A stretch of DNA of 64,000 bases from a bacterium (GCA_963674965.2 CAXXFL010000002.1:416001-480000), one strand, 5' to 3'; counted from the stretch's first letter, positions 10,441-21,106 are shown. Numbers and translations are program-made. The notes: generated by a model not told the origin, from the sequence alone.

Positions 10441-12159
10441 ATGTCCGACCTTGCCCTTTTACTTTGGCCCAAATGGCGCTCGATGGTGAACGGCTCGGGC
10501 AAGAAGGGAGAGAACGCCAAGACCTTCACCCTGGTGCTTCTCGCCGGAACGGCTTGTCTTGTGATCTTCATGGCCTCCCACTACATTTTGAGCTACATTC
10601 GAGACCTTTACATAGGACCCGGGCTCGAGCTGGCCGACCTTCGCTTCGCCATCAACAAAAGCCTGCTGGGAATGGCGGTCATGACCTTTATGGCCGTATT
10701 GATCTTCTCCAATATCATTACGGCCCTGTCCACGTTCTTTCTTTCCGACGACCTGCAACTGGTGGGCTCGCTTCCCGTTTCTCACGACTCGGTTTTCCTG
10801 GCCCGGTTCATCGAGCAGGTGGTCGACTCGTCATGGATGGTGGTCATTTTCGGCTCGCCCGTGTTCGTGGCCTTCGGCGTGGTTTACGGCGCGGGCCTTG
10901 TATATTACGCCTCGATACCGGCGGTCATCGTTCCCTTTATTCTGATACCGGCGGGGCTCGGAGTGGTGGTGACCATGGCCCTGGTCAGCGCCTTCCCGGC
11001 CAGGAACATCAGGGACGTAATTTTTCTCCTCATCATTATCGGAGCGGCCATCATCTTCACCCTTTTTCGTATCATGCGTCCCGAGCGGGTCTTCAACCCC
11101 GACGAGCGGCTCGAGGTGGTGGATTTCCTGCAGACCATCCAGATGCCGGCCACCCTTCCCAGCCAGTGGGTCACCGAGGTCATGTCCTCTTTGGCCAACG
11201 GCGGAATGAACGGAGACGGATGGATGTTCCTGGCCCTTTTATGGACAACGGGCCTGGGCTTCGTGGCCCTTTCCCTGGTCTTTTCGCGCTACCTGTACTC
11301 GGACAGCTTCTCGAAGAGCCAGGAGGCCACGAGGACATTCATCTCCCGCACCAGCGTCTTGAACTTTATGGTGAGGACCATCAGCTATCCCTTCAGCCCC
11401 GCCACCAGGCAGATGGTGATGAAGGACGTCCGCTTTTTCATGAGGGACACGACCCAGTGGTCGCAACTTTTCCTTCTCGCCGGGCTGGTGGTGATCTATA
11501 TCTTCAACTTCAAGATCGTGGACGCCAGGCTGCATGACATCAAGTTCAACGCCCAGAACGCCATCAGCTTCCTCAACATCGGCCTGGCCGGCTTCGTTCT
11601 AACGGCCCTCTCGGCAAGGTTCGTTTTCCCGATGGTCAGCCTGGAGGGCAGGGCCTTCTGGATCGTCAAGACTTCTCCCCTTTCCCTCAGGGGGTTTTTG
11701 TGGAGCAAGTTCCTTATCAGCCTTTTGCCCCTGGCGATGGTGGGCGAGGGTTTGGTCATTATTACCAATTACATCCTCGAGGTCGAGACCATCGTCTGGT
11801 ACATAAGCCTGATCACCATCCTGGGCGTGGCCCTGGCCATCACCGGGCTGGGCGTGGGCCTGGGTGCCCGGTATCCCAAGTTCAACGTCGAGAACCCGTC
11901 CAAGGTCGCCACCAGCTTCGGCGGCGTGATCTACATGGTGGTCACGACCTCGACCATCGGGCTGATGGTCTTTCTCGAGGCCCAGGCGGCCGCTTATTAC
12001 GCCATGGCCAAGTACCACATGTTCGGCATAGTCATGACCGACTGGGGATGGGTGAGAATCGTCGCGTCTTTTGCCCTGGCCGCCCTAATCGTGCCCGTCG
12101 CCGTTTTTGTCCCTATGAAAATCGGACGCAAGTGGATCGAGGACCTGGAGATAAGTTAG
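10441..12159 (+). CDS. putative ABC-2-type transporter permease
   Basis: about 12-14 TM segments, FFLSDDL.L..SLPV, KDVRFF.RD..QW, SLEGRAFWIVKTSP; GGAGG RBS before ATG 10441. Confidence 0.8.
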   Translation: MSDLALLLWPKWRSMVNGSGKKGENAKTFTLVLLAGTACLVIFMASHYILSYIRDLYIGPGLELADLRFAINKSLLGMAVMTFMAVLIFSNIITALSTFFLSDDLQLVGSLPVSHDSVFLARFIEQVVDSSWMVVIFGSPVFVAFGVVYGAGLVYYASIPAVIVPFILIPAGLGVVVTMALVSAFPARNIRDVIFLLIIIGAAIIFTLFRIMRPERVFNPDERLEVVDFLQTIQMPATLPSQWVTEVMSSLANGGMNGDGWMFLALLWTTGLGFVALSLVFSRYLYSDSFSKSQEATRTFISRTSVLNFMVRTISYPFSPATRQMVMKDVRFFMRDTTQWSQLFLLAGLVVIYIFNFKIVDARLHDIKFNAQNAISFLNIGLAGFVLTALSARFVFPMVSLEGRAFWIVKTSPLSLRGFLWSKFLISLLPLAMVGEGLVIITNYILEVETIVWYISLITILGVALAITGLGVGLGARYPKFNVENPSKVATSFGGVIYMVVTTSTIGLMVFLEAQAAAYYAMAKYHMFGIVMTDWGWVRIVASFALAALIVPVAVFVPMKIGRKWIEDLEIS

Positions 12160-12204
12160 GCTATAAAGCAGAAATGGCGGTCTTCGGATAGGTCCCTGCT
12201 GGGA

Positions 12205-15057
12205 TCAGGCCCCGGCTTCCAGCCTGGCCTGTCTGCCCAGAAGGTCCGCGAGGTACCGGGCCGTGTACGACCCCGCGACGTGGGCCACCTCCTCGGGCGG
12301 TCCCTGCCCCACGATGGTCCCGCCGTCATCGCCGCCCTCCGGGCCCAGGTCGATTATCCAGTCGGCGGTCTTGACCACCTCGAGGTTGTGCTCGATAACT
12401 ATGACCGTGTTGCCCTGGTCCACCAGCCTGCGAAGCACGGTCAGAAGCTTCTTGATGTCGTCGAAATGAAGACCCGTGGTCGGTTCGTCCAGGATATACA
12501 GCGAGCGGCCCGTCGAGCGCTTGGACAACTCCCTCGAGAGCTTGATCCTTTGGGCCTCTCCTCCCGAGAGGGTGGTGGCGGCCTGGCCGAGCTTGATATA
12601 GCCCAGGCCCACGTCGATAAGGGTCTGAAGCTTGGCCCGTATTACCGGGATGGACGATAAAAAGTCCATGGCCTGGTTGACGGTCATGTCCAGAACGTCC
12701 GCGATGTTCTTGCCCTTGTACTTCACGTCCAGGGTCTCCCGGTTGTAGCGGCGGCCGCCGCACACGTCGCAGGTGACGAAAACGTCGGGCAGAAAGTGCA
12801 TCTCTATCTTGATCATGCCCCCACCCTCGCAGGCCTCGCACCTGCCGCCCTTGACGTTGAAAGAATACCTGCCCACCTTGTAGCCGCGCATTTTAGACTC
12901 GGGCAGCTTGGCGAAGAGGTCGCGGATGGGCGTGAAAGTCCCCGTGTAGGTGGCCGGGTTCGAGCGCGGCGTCCGGCCGATGGGAGACTGGTCGATATCG
13001 ATGACCTTGTCCAGGTAATTGAGCCCCGTAATTTCCTTGTGCTCTCCCACCTGGGACCGGGAGCGATAGAAATACTGGGCCAGGGCCTTGTACAGCGTGT
13101 CGATGACCAGGGTGGATTTGCCCGAGCCGCTGACTCCCGTCACGCAGGTAAACAGACCGATGGGAAAGGAGGCCGTTATGTTCTTTAAATTATTCTGAGC
13201 CGCCCCTTTTATAACCAGCCTCTTCTTGGTGGGCCTCTTGCGGGGAGGGACCTCGATGAAGTCCTTGCCCGAAAGGTAGGCCCCGGTGATCGAGTTGGGG
13301 TCCGCCATGATCTGCTCGGGAGAACCCTGGGCCGTGACCTGACCGCCCTTTCTGCCCGCGCCCGGGCCCATGTCGATTACGTGGTCGGCGCTGAGGATGG
13401 TGTTCTCGTCGTGCTCGACCACTATCACCGTGTTTCCCAGGTCCCTCAGCCGGGTCAGGGTCTCGATCAGCCTCTGGTTGTCGCGCTGATGGAGTCCTAT
13501 TGAAGGCTCGTCCAGGATGTAGAGCACTCCCACCAGGCTCGAGCCGATCTGGGTGGCCAGCCGTATGCGCTGTCCTTCCCCTCCCGAGAGGGTGGCCGAC
13601 GAGCGGTCCAGGGTAAGGTAGCCCAGGCCCACGTTAAGGAGGAAGCCCAGTCTTTCCTTTAACTCTTTCACGATCCTGGCCGCTATCAGGGCCTCCTTTT
13701 CCGTAAAGCTCAGGCTATCGACCCAGTCCAGGGCCTCCTTGATGGACATGGAGGAAAGGTCGGCAATGGATGAACCTCCCACCTTGACGTTAAGGCTCTC
13801 CTTTCTAAGGCGCTTGCCCTCGCAGTCCGGGCAGGGCATGATGGACATGAACTTTTGCAGTTCCTCCCGGATCATCTCGGAGGTCGTCTCGCGAAACCTC
13901 CTGCTTAAATGGGGGATCACGCCCTCGAAGGGACGAGTGAACTCGTGGCTCATGTTCGAGTCGCTTTCGAGGCGGAACTCGATCTCCTCGTCCCCCGACC
14001 CGTAAAGGAGGATGTTCTTCACCTTTTTCGTCAGCTTTTCAAAGGGCTTAGTCAACTCGAAACCATAGTGGCGGGAAAGGGCCTCGAGCATCTGATAGTA
14101 ATAATCGGAGCTTCTTTTTTCCCAGGGAGCGATGGCCCCCTCCCGAAGGCTTTTCTTGTGATCGGGCACGATAATGTCGGGGTCGAAGTACATCCTGGTG
14201 CCAAGGCCGTCGCAGGACTGGCAGGCCCCGTAGGGGTTGTTGAAGCTGAACATCCGGGGAGATATCTCGGGGTAGCTGACTCCGCAATCGGGGCAGGCGA
14301 ACTTTTCCGAGAAGATGGCCTCGGCGTCCTCCTCGTCGGCGAAGTCGATTTTGACTATGCCGTCGGCCAGCTTGAGGGCAGTCTCGATGGAGTCGGCCAG
14401 GCGGCGCTCGACCCTGTCGGGCTTGATCTTCAGCCGGTCCACGAAGACGTCGATGGTGTGCGGCTTCTTCTTGTCCAGCTGGATATCCTCGGCCAGGTCT
14501 CTCAAGTTCCCGTCCACTTTGACGCGAATGAAGCCCTCCCGGCGGAGGCGGTCGAAAACCGTTTTATATTCGCCCTTTCTGTTCCTGGCAATAGGGGCTA
14601 GCACGTTGATCCGCGTGCCCTCGGGCTTGGCCATAAGCTGGTCAACCATCTGCTGCACCGTCTGGCTGGTGATTTCCTTGCCGCACTGGTAGCAGAAAGG
14701 ATGTCCAACTCTAGCGTAAAGTACCCGTAAATAATCGTAAATTTCCGTAACCGTGGCCACGGTCGAGCGGGGGTTTTTGCTCACCGTCTTCTGCTCGATG
14801 CTGATGGCGGGAGACAGGCCCTCGATGGTATCCACGTCTGGCTTGCCCATCTGCTCGAGGAACTGCCTGGCGTAGGCCGAGAGGCTCTCCACGTACCGGC
14901 GCTGGCCCTCCGCGTATATGGTGTCAAAGGCGAGGGAACTCTTGCCCGAGCCGCTGACTCCCGTTATTACCACCAACTTGTCGCGGGGGATCGTTACGTC
15001 GATATTTTTAAGGTTGTGCTCCCTTGCCCCTTTTACTACTATTTTATCGGCTCCCAT
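12205..15057 (-). CDS. uvrA: excinuclease ABC subunit A
   Basis: GAREHNLKN, two Walker A motifs (GSGKSSL, GSGKSTL), two LSGGE signatures, Zn fingers. Confidence 0.98.
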   Translation of the reverse strand: MGADKIVVKGAREHNLKNIDVTIPRDKLVVITGVSGSGKSSLAFDTIYAEGQRRYVESLSAYARQFLEQMGKPDVDTIEGLSPAISIEQKTVSKNPRSTVATVTEIYDYLRVLYARVGHPFCYQCGKEITSQTVQQMVDQLMAKPEGTRINVLAPIARNRKGEYKTVFDRLRREGFIRVKVDGNLRDLAEDIQLDKKKPHTIDVFVDRLKIKPDRVERRLADSIETALKLADGIVKIDFADEEDAEAIFSEKFACPDCGVSYPEISPRMFSFNNPYGACQSCDGLGTRMYFDPDIIVPDHKKSLREGAIAPWEKRSSDYYYQMLEALSRHYGFELTKPFEKLTKKVKNILLYGSGDEEIEFRLESDSNMSHEFTRPFEGVIPHLSRRFRETTSEMIREELQKFMSIMPCPDCEGKRLRKESLNVKVGGSSIADLSSMSIKEALDWVDSLSFTEKEALIAARIVKELKERLGFLLNVGLGYLTLDRSSATLSGGEGQRIRLATQIGSSLVGVLYILDEPSIGLHQRDNQRLIETLTRLRDLGNTVIVVEHDENTILSADHVIDMGPGAGRKGGQVTAQGSPEQIMADPNSITGAYLSGKDFIEVPPRKRPTKKRLVIKGAAQNNLKNITASFPIGLFTCVTGVSGSGKSTLVIDTLYKALAQYFYRSRSQVGEHKEITGLNYLDKVIDIDQSPIGRTPRSNPATYTGTFTPIRDLFAKLPESKMRGYKVGRYSFNVKGGRCEACEGGGMIKIEMHFLPDVFVTCDVCGGRRYNRETLDVKYKGKNIADVLDMTVNQAMDFLSSIPVIRAKLQTLIDVGLGYIKLGQAATTLSGGEAQRIKLSRELSKRSTGRSLYILDEPTTGLHFDDIKKLLTVLRRLVDQGNTVIVIEHNLEVVKTADWIIDLGPEGGDDGGTIVGQGPPEEVAHVAGSYTARYLADLLGRQARLEAGA

Positions 15058-15200
15058 TTATCCTGTCTCCAGTTTGTCGGCGAAAAAGAGTGAACTCAAA
15101 ACTTCTATAATAGCTGGAATCGCTTTTTTCTTCCACCGGCGCGCCGGCTGAAAACTTTGGCGCCCGATGAGCGCGGATTCAAACGGCTGATTCGGCGGTC

Positions 15201-15229
15201 TTGAAATAAGGGGGGTTCCGCACTATAAT
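15201..15229 (+). promoter_or_regulatory. sigma-70-type promoter of the tRNA
   Basis: TTGAAA-17 bp-TATAAT, ending 12 bp upstream of the tRNA. Confidence 0.7.
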
Positions 15230-15241
15230 TACTTTTTCGAC

Positions 15242-15315
15242 GGGCCCATAGCTCAGCTGGCTAGAGCCCCCGGCTCATAACCGGGTTGTCGCAGGTTCGA
15301 GTCCTGCTGGGCCCA
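15242..15315 (+). tRNA. tRNA with CAT anticodon, most likely tRNA-Ile2 (lysidine-modified); CCA not encoded
   Basis: acceptor stem GGGCCCA/TGGGCCC, D arm TAGCTCAG..GG..AGAGC, anticodon arm CCCGG-CTCATAA-CCGGG, T loop GGTTCGAGTCC; paired G1-C72 (not initiator) and C4-G69/C5-G68 favour Ile2 over elongator Met. Confidence 0.9.
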
Positions 15316-15408
15316 TTAACGAACAATATGGAGAAGCTTCATGTATCGTTCCTCACTTGCCGCAATTGACCAGGAATCCTTCCGAGGAGGACGGTGAAGT
15401 TTACTTTC

Positions 15409-15430
15409 AAGGCGCCAAGGCGCCTTTTTT
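15409..15430 (+). terminator. intrinsic terminator-like hairpin downstream of the tRNA
   Basis: AAGGCGC-caag-GCGCCTT followed by a T run. Confidence 0.6.
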
Positions 15431-15466
15431 ATTTTCTCGGGGCATTCGCCGCGTAAGGGGAAGAAA

Positions 15467-16207
15467 TTGAACCAGACCATCCAGGACCTTATCGTTTTGC
15501 AGAGAATAGACCTTCGCCTGGCAAGGCTGAAACGGACGCTCGAGGAAATACCCTCGCGCAGGGAAGAGCTGGAAAGGGAGCGCGAAACGGCCCGCGAGGA
15601 TATCCAGAAGAAGCGGGAAGAACTCGAGGCGTCCAAAAAGGAACTCAAAAGAAAGGAAAACGAACTGGCCGACGGCGAGAGGAGGCTGGGAGAGCTGCAG
15701 GCCAAGCTCAACCAGGTCAAAACCAACAAGGAATACGACGCCGCCCAGAAAGAAATAGACGAGCAGCGGAAAAAGATTGGCCGGATCGAGGAGGCCATAC
15801 TTATTTTATACGACGAGGTGGAGGAGACGGAGGCGGCCAGGGAAAAGCTCGAGAGCGACTGGAGCGAGAAAAAGGCCGAGTACGATGAAACGGATTTGAA
15901 AATCGACGCGATCGAGAAGTCTTCCACCTCCGAGCTTGCGGAAAAGAATAGCGATAGGGAAAAAATTATCAAGGAAATCGATAAAAAAGCCCTTGAAAAA
16001 TATGAAAGAGTAGTGGGCCTTAACGGTGGAGCGGGACTGGCGCGCGCGGACAAGGAAATCTGCCAGGGATGCTTTTATCATCTTCCCGCCCAGGCGTATA
16101 ACCTCGTTTTGAAGGGCGAGGAGATATTGACCTGCGGCAACTGCCAACGGATACTGGTGCACGTTGAGGGAGGCCTCGAGCCGGAGGAGGAAGAAGATGG
16201 CGCGTGA
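15467..16207 (+). CDS. coiled-coil protein with C4 zinc ribbon (DUF164/CT398-like)
   Basis: LQRID N-terminus, long coiled coil, KTNKEY.A...EI, CQGC...CGNCQRIL; TTG start. Confidence 0.9.
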   Translation: MNQTIQDLIVLQRIDLRLARLKRTLEEIPSRREELERERETAREDIQKKREELEASKKELKRKENELADGERRLGELQAKLNQVKTNKEYDAAQKEIDEQRKKIGRIEEAILILYDEVEETEAAREKLESDWSEKKAEYDETDLKIDAIEKSSTSELAEKNSDREKIIKEIDKKALEKYERVVGLNGGAGLARADKEICQGCFYHLPAQAYNLVLKGEEILTCGNCQRILVHVEGGLEPEEEEDGA

Positions 16208-16754
16208 ATCGGAAATACTCATGACCCTGGCCGAGACGCTTGACGTGGAAAAGACGCTCGAGACTCACGGCATCCACGGGGAGGACCTGGCGGGGGTCCT
16301 GGCCAAGGCGGCGGCGCTGGCGAGAAAAATGGAGAAGCCGCCGGCGGACGCCGAGTTCGTGCTCATGACCGACGGGGCCTCGAGGGGCAATCCCGGCCCG
16401 TCGGGCGCGGGGTTCGTCATCTACCGGGCCGACCGCTTGCTGGAGGGCCAGGCCCAGTATCTGGGCGAGGTGACGAACAACCAGGCCGAGTACAACGCCC
16501 TTATACTGGGGCTTACCCGCCTCGCCGAGCTGGGCGCGAGGAAGGTCGTGGCCAAGGCCGACTCGGAGTTGATGGTCAAGCAGATGAACGGTGAATACAA
16601 GGTAAAGAACAAGAACATCACTCCTCTTTTTATACGGGCCAAGCAGCTATCGCGGGAGTTCGAGTCCTTTCGCATCGAGCACGTCATGAGGGAGGAAAAT
16701 TCCCGGGCCGACGAGATGGCCAACCGCGCCATAGACGAGTTCCAGGACGATTGA
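16197..16754 (+). CDS. rnhA: ribonuclease HI family protein with N-terminal extension
   Basis: DGASRGNPGPSGAG, TNNQAEY.ALI.GL, DSELMVKQMNGEYKVK, HVMREEN..AD.MAN.A.D. Confidence 0.9.
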   Translation: MARESEILMTLAETLDVEKTLETHGIHGEDLAGVLAKAAALARKMEKPPADAEFVLMTDGASRGNPGPSGAGFVIYRADRLLEGQAQYLGEVTNNQAEYNALILGLTRLAELGARKVVAKADSELMVKQMNGEYKVKNKNITPLFIRAKQLSREFESFRIEHVMREENSRADEMANRAIDEFQDD

Positions 16755-16775
16755 GCGGCGGGGAAGTTTTGCTTC

Positions 16776-18029
16776 ATGATCGGACGTCTCAGCGAGCGGC
16801 TTCGGAAAAATCTGACCAAGGTCGACGCCTGGTTCGAGGAGAGGAGGCGGTTATATCCTCCCCCGTTATATCTTTCCGTTGACATACGCAACTCGGTTCA
16901 CAAGCTGGCGGTGGTCGACACCAACGCCTTTCCCGCGGGTTTCAACAACCTTTGTCCCAAGTATTGCGAGCTTCTGACCCGGACGTTCCGGGAGCATATC
17001 CGGGAGTTTTATCCCGGCGCGGAGAAGATACTGATCCTCCCGGAGGACCATACGAGAAACCGTTTTTACCTGGACAACGTGATGAGGATACGGGACGCCT
17101 TGAATCTTGGCGGCTTCGAGGCCAGGGTGGGCACGGCCAATCCCGAGCTTCGGGAGGGGTCCGCGGTCATGTCCGGCACTAAGGGCGAGCTGACTCTTTA
17201 TCGGATCGAGCGGAGCGGATCGAAAATAACGGCCTCCGACTTCGAGCCGGACCTTATCGTTTCCAACAACGACTTCTCCGACGAGGAGCCCGGCCTCTTA
17301 ATGGGTCTGGATATACCCGTGACGCCGGTTCCCGAGCTGGGCTGGTACCGTCGTAGAAAGCACGAGCATTTCACCATCATGAACGAGCTTATCCGGGAGT
17401 TCGCGGAAGTGGCCGACGTCGATCCCTTTGAAATTTCCACCCGTTTCTCGATGGTTGACGACGTGGATTTCACCAGCGATGAGGGAAGGGAAAAGGTGGC
17501 CAAAGAAGTGGACGCCACGCTTTCGAGCCTGCGGGAGGAATACGCCGGCCGGGGCATCGAGGAGCGGCCCTTTTTGTTCCTCAAGCACAACTCCGGCACC
17601 TACGGCATGGCCATGATGACGGCCAGGTCGGGAGACGAGATACGGGAGGCCAGGCGCAAGACCAGGGTCAAGATGAGCACGGGCAAGGCCAAGGTCAAGG
17701 TAACCCAGACCTTCATTCAAGAGGGCATACCCACGCGGGATTTCATGGACGACGGCTCTCCCATGGAGCCGGTAATCTACCTGGTGGGCGACCGCCCGGT
17801 GGGGGGCTTTTACCGCATCAATCCCACCCGGGGAGACCGGGACAACCTCAACGCCAGGGGCATGGATTTCAAGCGCCTTTGCTTCCACCAGGTCGAGACG
17901 GAGAAGCCCGAACTGCTGGGCGAAAACTGCAAGGACGCCGCCGACCTCATGCTGGCCTACGGCACGCTGGGAAGACTGGCCGCCGCGGCCCTGGCCATCG
18001 AGAAAAAACGCCTGGAGGAGGAAAAATGA
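16776..18029 (+). CDS. gshA: glutamate-cysteine ligase (ATP-grasp-type GshA family)
   Basis: PPLYLSVDIRNS..KLAVVDTNAFPAGFNNL, PEDHTRN.FYL, GWY.RRK..HF, GTYGM, IQEGI.T, GGFYR, NLNA.GM. Confidence 0.88.
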   Translation: MIGRLSERLRKNLTKVDAWFEERRRLYPPPLYLSVDIRNSVHKLAVVDTNAFPAGFNNLCPKYCELLTRTFREHIREFYPGAEKILILPEDHTRNRFYLDNVMRIRDALNLGGFEARVGTANPELREGSAVMSGTKGELTLYRIERSGSKITASDFEPDLIVSNNDFSDEEPGLLMGLDIPVTPVPELGWYRRRKHEHFTIMNELIREFAEVADVDPFEISTRFSMVDDVDFTSDEGREKVAKEVDATLSSLREEYAGRGIEERPFLFLKHNSGTYGMAMMTARSGDEIREARRKTRVKMSTGKAKVKVTQTFIQEGIPTRDFMDDGSPMEPVIYLVGDRPVGGFYRINPTRGDRDNLNARGMDFKRLCFHQVETEKPELLGENCKDAADLMLAYGTLGRLAAAALAIEKKRLEEEK

Positions 18030-19018
18030 GCGCCAAAAGGAACGCCGACAATATTAAAGTCGCCTTTTTCATGGACCCCATCGAGGACGTCAACCTCGAG
18101 ACGGACACGACCTTCGTCCTCATGCTCGAGGCCCAGAGGAGGGGAAGAAGCCTCTTTTATTTCACGCCCTCCGAGACGTACATGGGCGCGGAAGGACCCG
18201 CGGCGTCCCTTCGCCCGGCCAAGGTCCGGCGACCCAAGTCCCCGGGCCAGACTCATTTTTCGCTGGGACCGGCACGGGAGACGGCCCTCTTGAATATGGA
18301 CCTTATCTTCATGCGCGTGGACCCGCCTTATAACATCGAGTACGTGACCCAGGCGCAGACGCTGGGAATGATCGCCGCTCCCACCGTGGTCGTCAACAGG
18401 CCCAGGGGCGTCATGCTGGCCAACGAGAAGCTCCTGGCCATGCTCTTTCCCCAGCTTATGCCGCCCACCATCATCACCCACGATTTGTCGAGGCTCGAGA
18501 GGTTCCTGGACCAGGCCGGCGGAAAGATCGTGGTCAAGCCTCTCTTGGGATTCGGAGGCGAGGGCGTAATGGTGGTCGAGAAAAAGCACTCGAACAGAAG
18601 GGTCATCCTCGAGTCCATGACCAAAGGCGGCAAGGTCCAGGTCGTGGCCCAGAAGTTCATGCCCGTCGGCAGAAGCGGAGATAAAAGGATCATTCTCCTC
18701 GCGGGAGAGCCGATGGGGGCCGTCCTGCGCCTGCCTCCCTCGGGGGACCACAGGTCTAACCTGCACTCGGGCGGTAAAGCCGTCAAGACAGAACTGACGA
18801 AAAATGACCTCGATATATGCAAGGCCATAGGTCCGTTCCTCAAGCGGGAGGGATTATATATCGCCGGGATCGACGTGGTGGCGGGAAAGCTGACCGAGAT
18901 AAACGTCACCAGTCCCACACTGGTCAGGCAGATAAATGAAACTCAGGGACTGAGGATCGAGGAGAGGATCATGGACTTTTGCGAGTACCTCGTCCTATCG
19001 GCCAGGAAAATGTCATAG
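18026..19018 (+). CDS. gshB: glutathione synthetase
   Basis: FFMDPIE, DTT..LMLEAQRRG, MRVDPPY, NEKL, KPL.G.GGEGV, GDKRI, RSNL..GG, TEINVTSPT; ATGA overlap with gshA. Confidence 0.93.
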   Translation: MSAKRNADNIKVAFFMDPIEDVNLETDTTFVLMLEAQRRGRSLFYFTPSETYMGAEGPAASLRPAKVRRPKSPGQTHFSLGPARETALLNMDLIFMRVDPPYNIEYVTQAQTLGMIAAPTVVVNRPRGVMLANEKLLAMLFPQLMPPTIITHDLSRLERFLDQAGGKIVVKPLLGFGGEGVMVVEKKHSNRRVILESMTKGGKVQVVAQKFMPVGRSGDKRIILLAGEPMGAVLRLPPSGDHRSNLHSGGKAVKTELTKNDLDICKAIGPFLKREGLYIAGIDVVAGKLTEINVTSPTLVRQINETQGLRIEERIMDFCEYLVLSARKMS

Positions 19019-19059
19019 ACGTTGAGGGTAGGGCTTGGCGCGCAAGAAGCGGTAAAAAG

Positions 19060-19413
19060 TCAGACCCTGAGGTCCACGTTTTTTCCCAGGGCGTATTCCT
19101 GGTCCCAGTCGTAGGGGCCCTCGTTGTTCCTGGGATAGGCCTCGAGGGGCGAGGTCATGGACGCGTGGCCCGGGATGTAGCGGAAAACCGAAACCAGGTA
19201 ATAACCGTTTCCATCAGGGTCGGCCTCGGTCCTGGCGTAGCTCGATTGCCCGGCGCCGGTTACGGCCTTGGCCAGGGAAACCGCCCCGTCCGCGGAAGGC
19301 GGCGCGAGCTCTGGCGTGGACGACAGCGAGCGGTCGCCGCCTTTCTCCACGTCTCTTCGGTTTTTTAAGGCGTAGTCGTAAGACGGATAATATGTACCCG
19401 AGCTAATCCTCAT
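19060..19413 (-). CDS. hypothetical protein
   Basis: 117-aa ORF with upstream TTGCGC-17-TAAAAT promoter-like site; ends in GKNVDLRV. Confidence 0.55.
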   Translation of the reverse strand: MRISSGTYYPSYDYALKNRRDVEKGGDRSLSSTPELAPPSADGAVSLAKAVTGAGQSSYARTEADPDGNGYYLVSVFRYIPGHASMTSPLEAYPRNNEGPYDWDQEYALGKNVDLRV

Positions 19414-19550
19414 GGTTCGGTCTTTCTCAATATAATATTTTACATCAAGGAGGGAGGGCGCGCAATAAGTTTATAATCTTCTTTTTGGAATTTATCGCCA
19501 TGAGCGGCGTTCGAGATATGCCTTTAAGGCGTGAGATTACATAAACAATT

Positions 19551-20357
19551 TCAGTCCGCGACCCGGGTTCGTCCGGCTTTTTTGGCCCCCGCTAAAAGGG
19601 CCGCTCCCATGGCGCCCACGAAAATGGGATCGTCGCCCAGGTGGGCGGGCTTCTCGGCCAGGGCCTTTTCGATATAGGCCATGACTCCCTCGTTTCTGGC
19701 CACGCCTCCAACCAGGGCGATCGGTCCTTTGGCTCCCAGCTTCTTGACCAGCGTGGCCACCCGGTCGGCCACCGACCGGTGCAGGCCCGCCAGTATGTCC
19801 GCCGCTTCTCCCCCCGCGTTGACGTGAGATATAAGCTCGCTCTCGGCGAAGACCACGCACTGGCTGGTAAGGCGAAGAGGCGAGGCCGAGGTCAGTGACA
19901 ACCGTCCGATTTCCGAGACGGGAGTCTCGAGCGCCTCCGCCGCCGTCTCGAGAAAGCGCCCGCTGCCGGCGGCGCATCTTTCATTCTCGACGTACTCGAG
20001 CGCCTCTCCATTTTTTCCCACCGCCGCGGCCCTGGTCATGAGACCGCCAACGTCAACCGCCGCCCGCGCCATCGGCGCCAGGAAATGGACGCCCATGGCC
20101 GCGCACGTAACGTCGGGAAAAGCCAGGCGCGAAAGACGACCGGCGCCGTGCCTGCCGTGCCCCGTGACGCCCACGGCCGCGAGAGCGCGGCGACGAAGGC
20201 CGGCCTCGGCCAGCGCCATTTTCAAAAGGCGCTTGCCCAGCCTGCCCACCTCGTCGTCAACCGGGCTCGAGGCCCTGGCGATGACCTTGCCGTCCGATAT
20301 TATCGTGACCTTGCCGAAGCGGGAGCCAAGGTCAATACCAGCCAGGATATGAGCCAA
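19551..20357 (-). CDS. CoA-substrate-specific enzyme activase (BadF/BadG/BcrA/BcrD, HgdC-like ATPase)
   Basis: GIDLGS, TGHGR, DVGG, NERCAAGSGRFLE, SQCVVFAESE, GGVARN; GGAGG RBS before TTG 20357. Confidence 0.88.
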   Translation of the reverse strand: MAHILAGIDLGSRFGKVTIISDGKVIARASSPVDDEVGRLGKRLLKMALAEAGLRRRALAAVGVTGHGRHGAGRLSRLAFPDVTCAAMGVHFLAPMARAAVDVGGLMTRAAAVGKNGEALEYVENERCAAGSGRFLETAAEALETPVSEIGRLSLTSASPLRLTSQCVVFAESELISHVNAGGEAADILAGLHRSVADRVATLVKKLGAKGPIALVGGVARNEGVMAYIEKALAEKPAHLGDDPIFVGAMGAALLAGAKKAGRTRVAD

Positions 20358-20457
20358 GTTACCTCCTGCCAAAGCTTGAGAACATGAATAAAACACTTAG
20401 CAGGGATGGGATGACCAGTCAAAACGACGTTTTTTTCTCTCACAACGTTCACTTTCC

Positions 20458-21015
20458 CCCTAATCCACCGCCTAAAAAATAAAAAACCTCGTTAGTCCCG
20501 TGAGAACGGGACGTTATAATGGTATCAATCACAATAACCATCACTAACGAGGTGAAACCATTATGGCACAAGGCGTTCTTCCTTTCCATTACGAGTAGGC
20601 ATTACGAGGAGGCAACAGTTGATGAAAGGCGACCTGGCCGGGGGCAAACTCCCCTCCGGCGATTTCGGCGAGAACGCGGCCTGGTGGATGTTCATGATCC
20701 TGGCCTACAACCTTAACGCGGCCATGAAGGGCCATCCTTCGTTTCCGTTACCTCTGTCGGCGAGGCTTAACATCCTCGAACTCGCGGACCCGAGTCAGCT
20801 CGACAACCCCTTCTCCGCCCGCCTTAATCGTCAACCTCTGGCCTGCCTACGTCGCCGGCCTCGGCCGAGTTCGCCCATTCGGACATTTTCGGCCCCAATC
20901 CCGATTTTTACGCGGCGGCGGCAATTAAAATTCGTCTCCTTCGAGAAATTCGCGCCATCCTGGCCGCAACTCACGCCTCCGAAAGGTGGTGAAGGGATTA
21001 GGCGGTGGATTATGG
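20458..21015 (+). mobile_element. internally deleted IS1380-family element (558 bp, non-autonomous)
   Basis: TIRs CCCTAATCCACCGCCTAA / TTAGGCGGTGGATTATGG (17/18); transposase N-terminus MAQGVLPFHYE* at 20563 joined to C-terminal fragment MKGDLAGGKLPSGDFGENAAWW..MILAYNL. Confidence 0.75.
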
Positions 21016-21106
21016 TTTACGATTCGGTCTTCCAATAGAGTCCGATTTGTGATAAAATTCAAATAGCGGCATTATATGGGTCGCGAGATGGACGCGTAAT
21101 TTTCCA

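Noticed and set aside
15242-15466. Integrated element at the tRNA 3' end
   Set aside because: No integrase, no duplicated tRNA 3' end seen, and downstream genes are housekeeping
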